From contig NC_058368.1 of assembly GCF_018350175.1 (NCBI RefSeq), forward strand, positions 184,018,001-184,082,000: 64,000 nt of DNA, written 5' to 3'. Position numbers and translations under genes: made by a program. Shown piece after piece: positions 63,876 through 64,000 of this stretch. The notes beneath the pieces are model-generated. The model was not told the DNA's origin. It did not search any database and worked only from the letters and a program-made list of their open reading frames with translations. Each line of letters opens with the position of its first letter. The first letter of the stretch is position 1. This stretch comes from Felis catus (lineage: Eukaryota).

Positions 63876-64000
63876 TTCATATATATTAAATTTAAATTTT
63901 AAATTTTCTTAAAAATTTATTTGTAATGACAGCTGGCTGATTTCTATTTATTTTATTCCTAATTCAATTTTTGCTAATATAGGAACAATGTATATTTATT

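Overview
This is AT-rich, non-coding mammalian DNA from a cat-family (Felidae) genome. The assignment rests on about 24 tRNA-derived CanSINEs, including young feliform/Felis-type copies, and a felid-type L1 3' end. I found no supportable host protein-coding exon, RNA gene or CRISPR array, so the window looks like a large intron or intergenic region. Most ORFs in the track come from SINE, L1 or microsatellite sequence. Recognisable content is CanSINEs (many with intact TSDs), L1 and L2 fragments, MIRs, MaLR solo LTRs, DNA transposon relics (MER33, MER91A, MER58A, MER112-like, Tigger5/MER47) and one decayed class I ERV provirus. The provirus retains two LTRs, a tRNA-Leu PBS, and integrase and env remnants. 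The best structural find is a five-layer nested insertion at about 33.1-40.7 kb (L2 > L1 > MER58A > ERV > L1/SINEs). The best regulatory candidate is an NF-kB + STAT + CTCF-like cluster at about 23.1-23.2 kb. I do not see evidence for a new biological system. Family names come from recalled consensus sequences read by eye, and boundaries of old elements are approximate.
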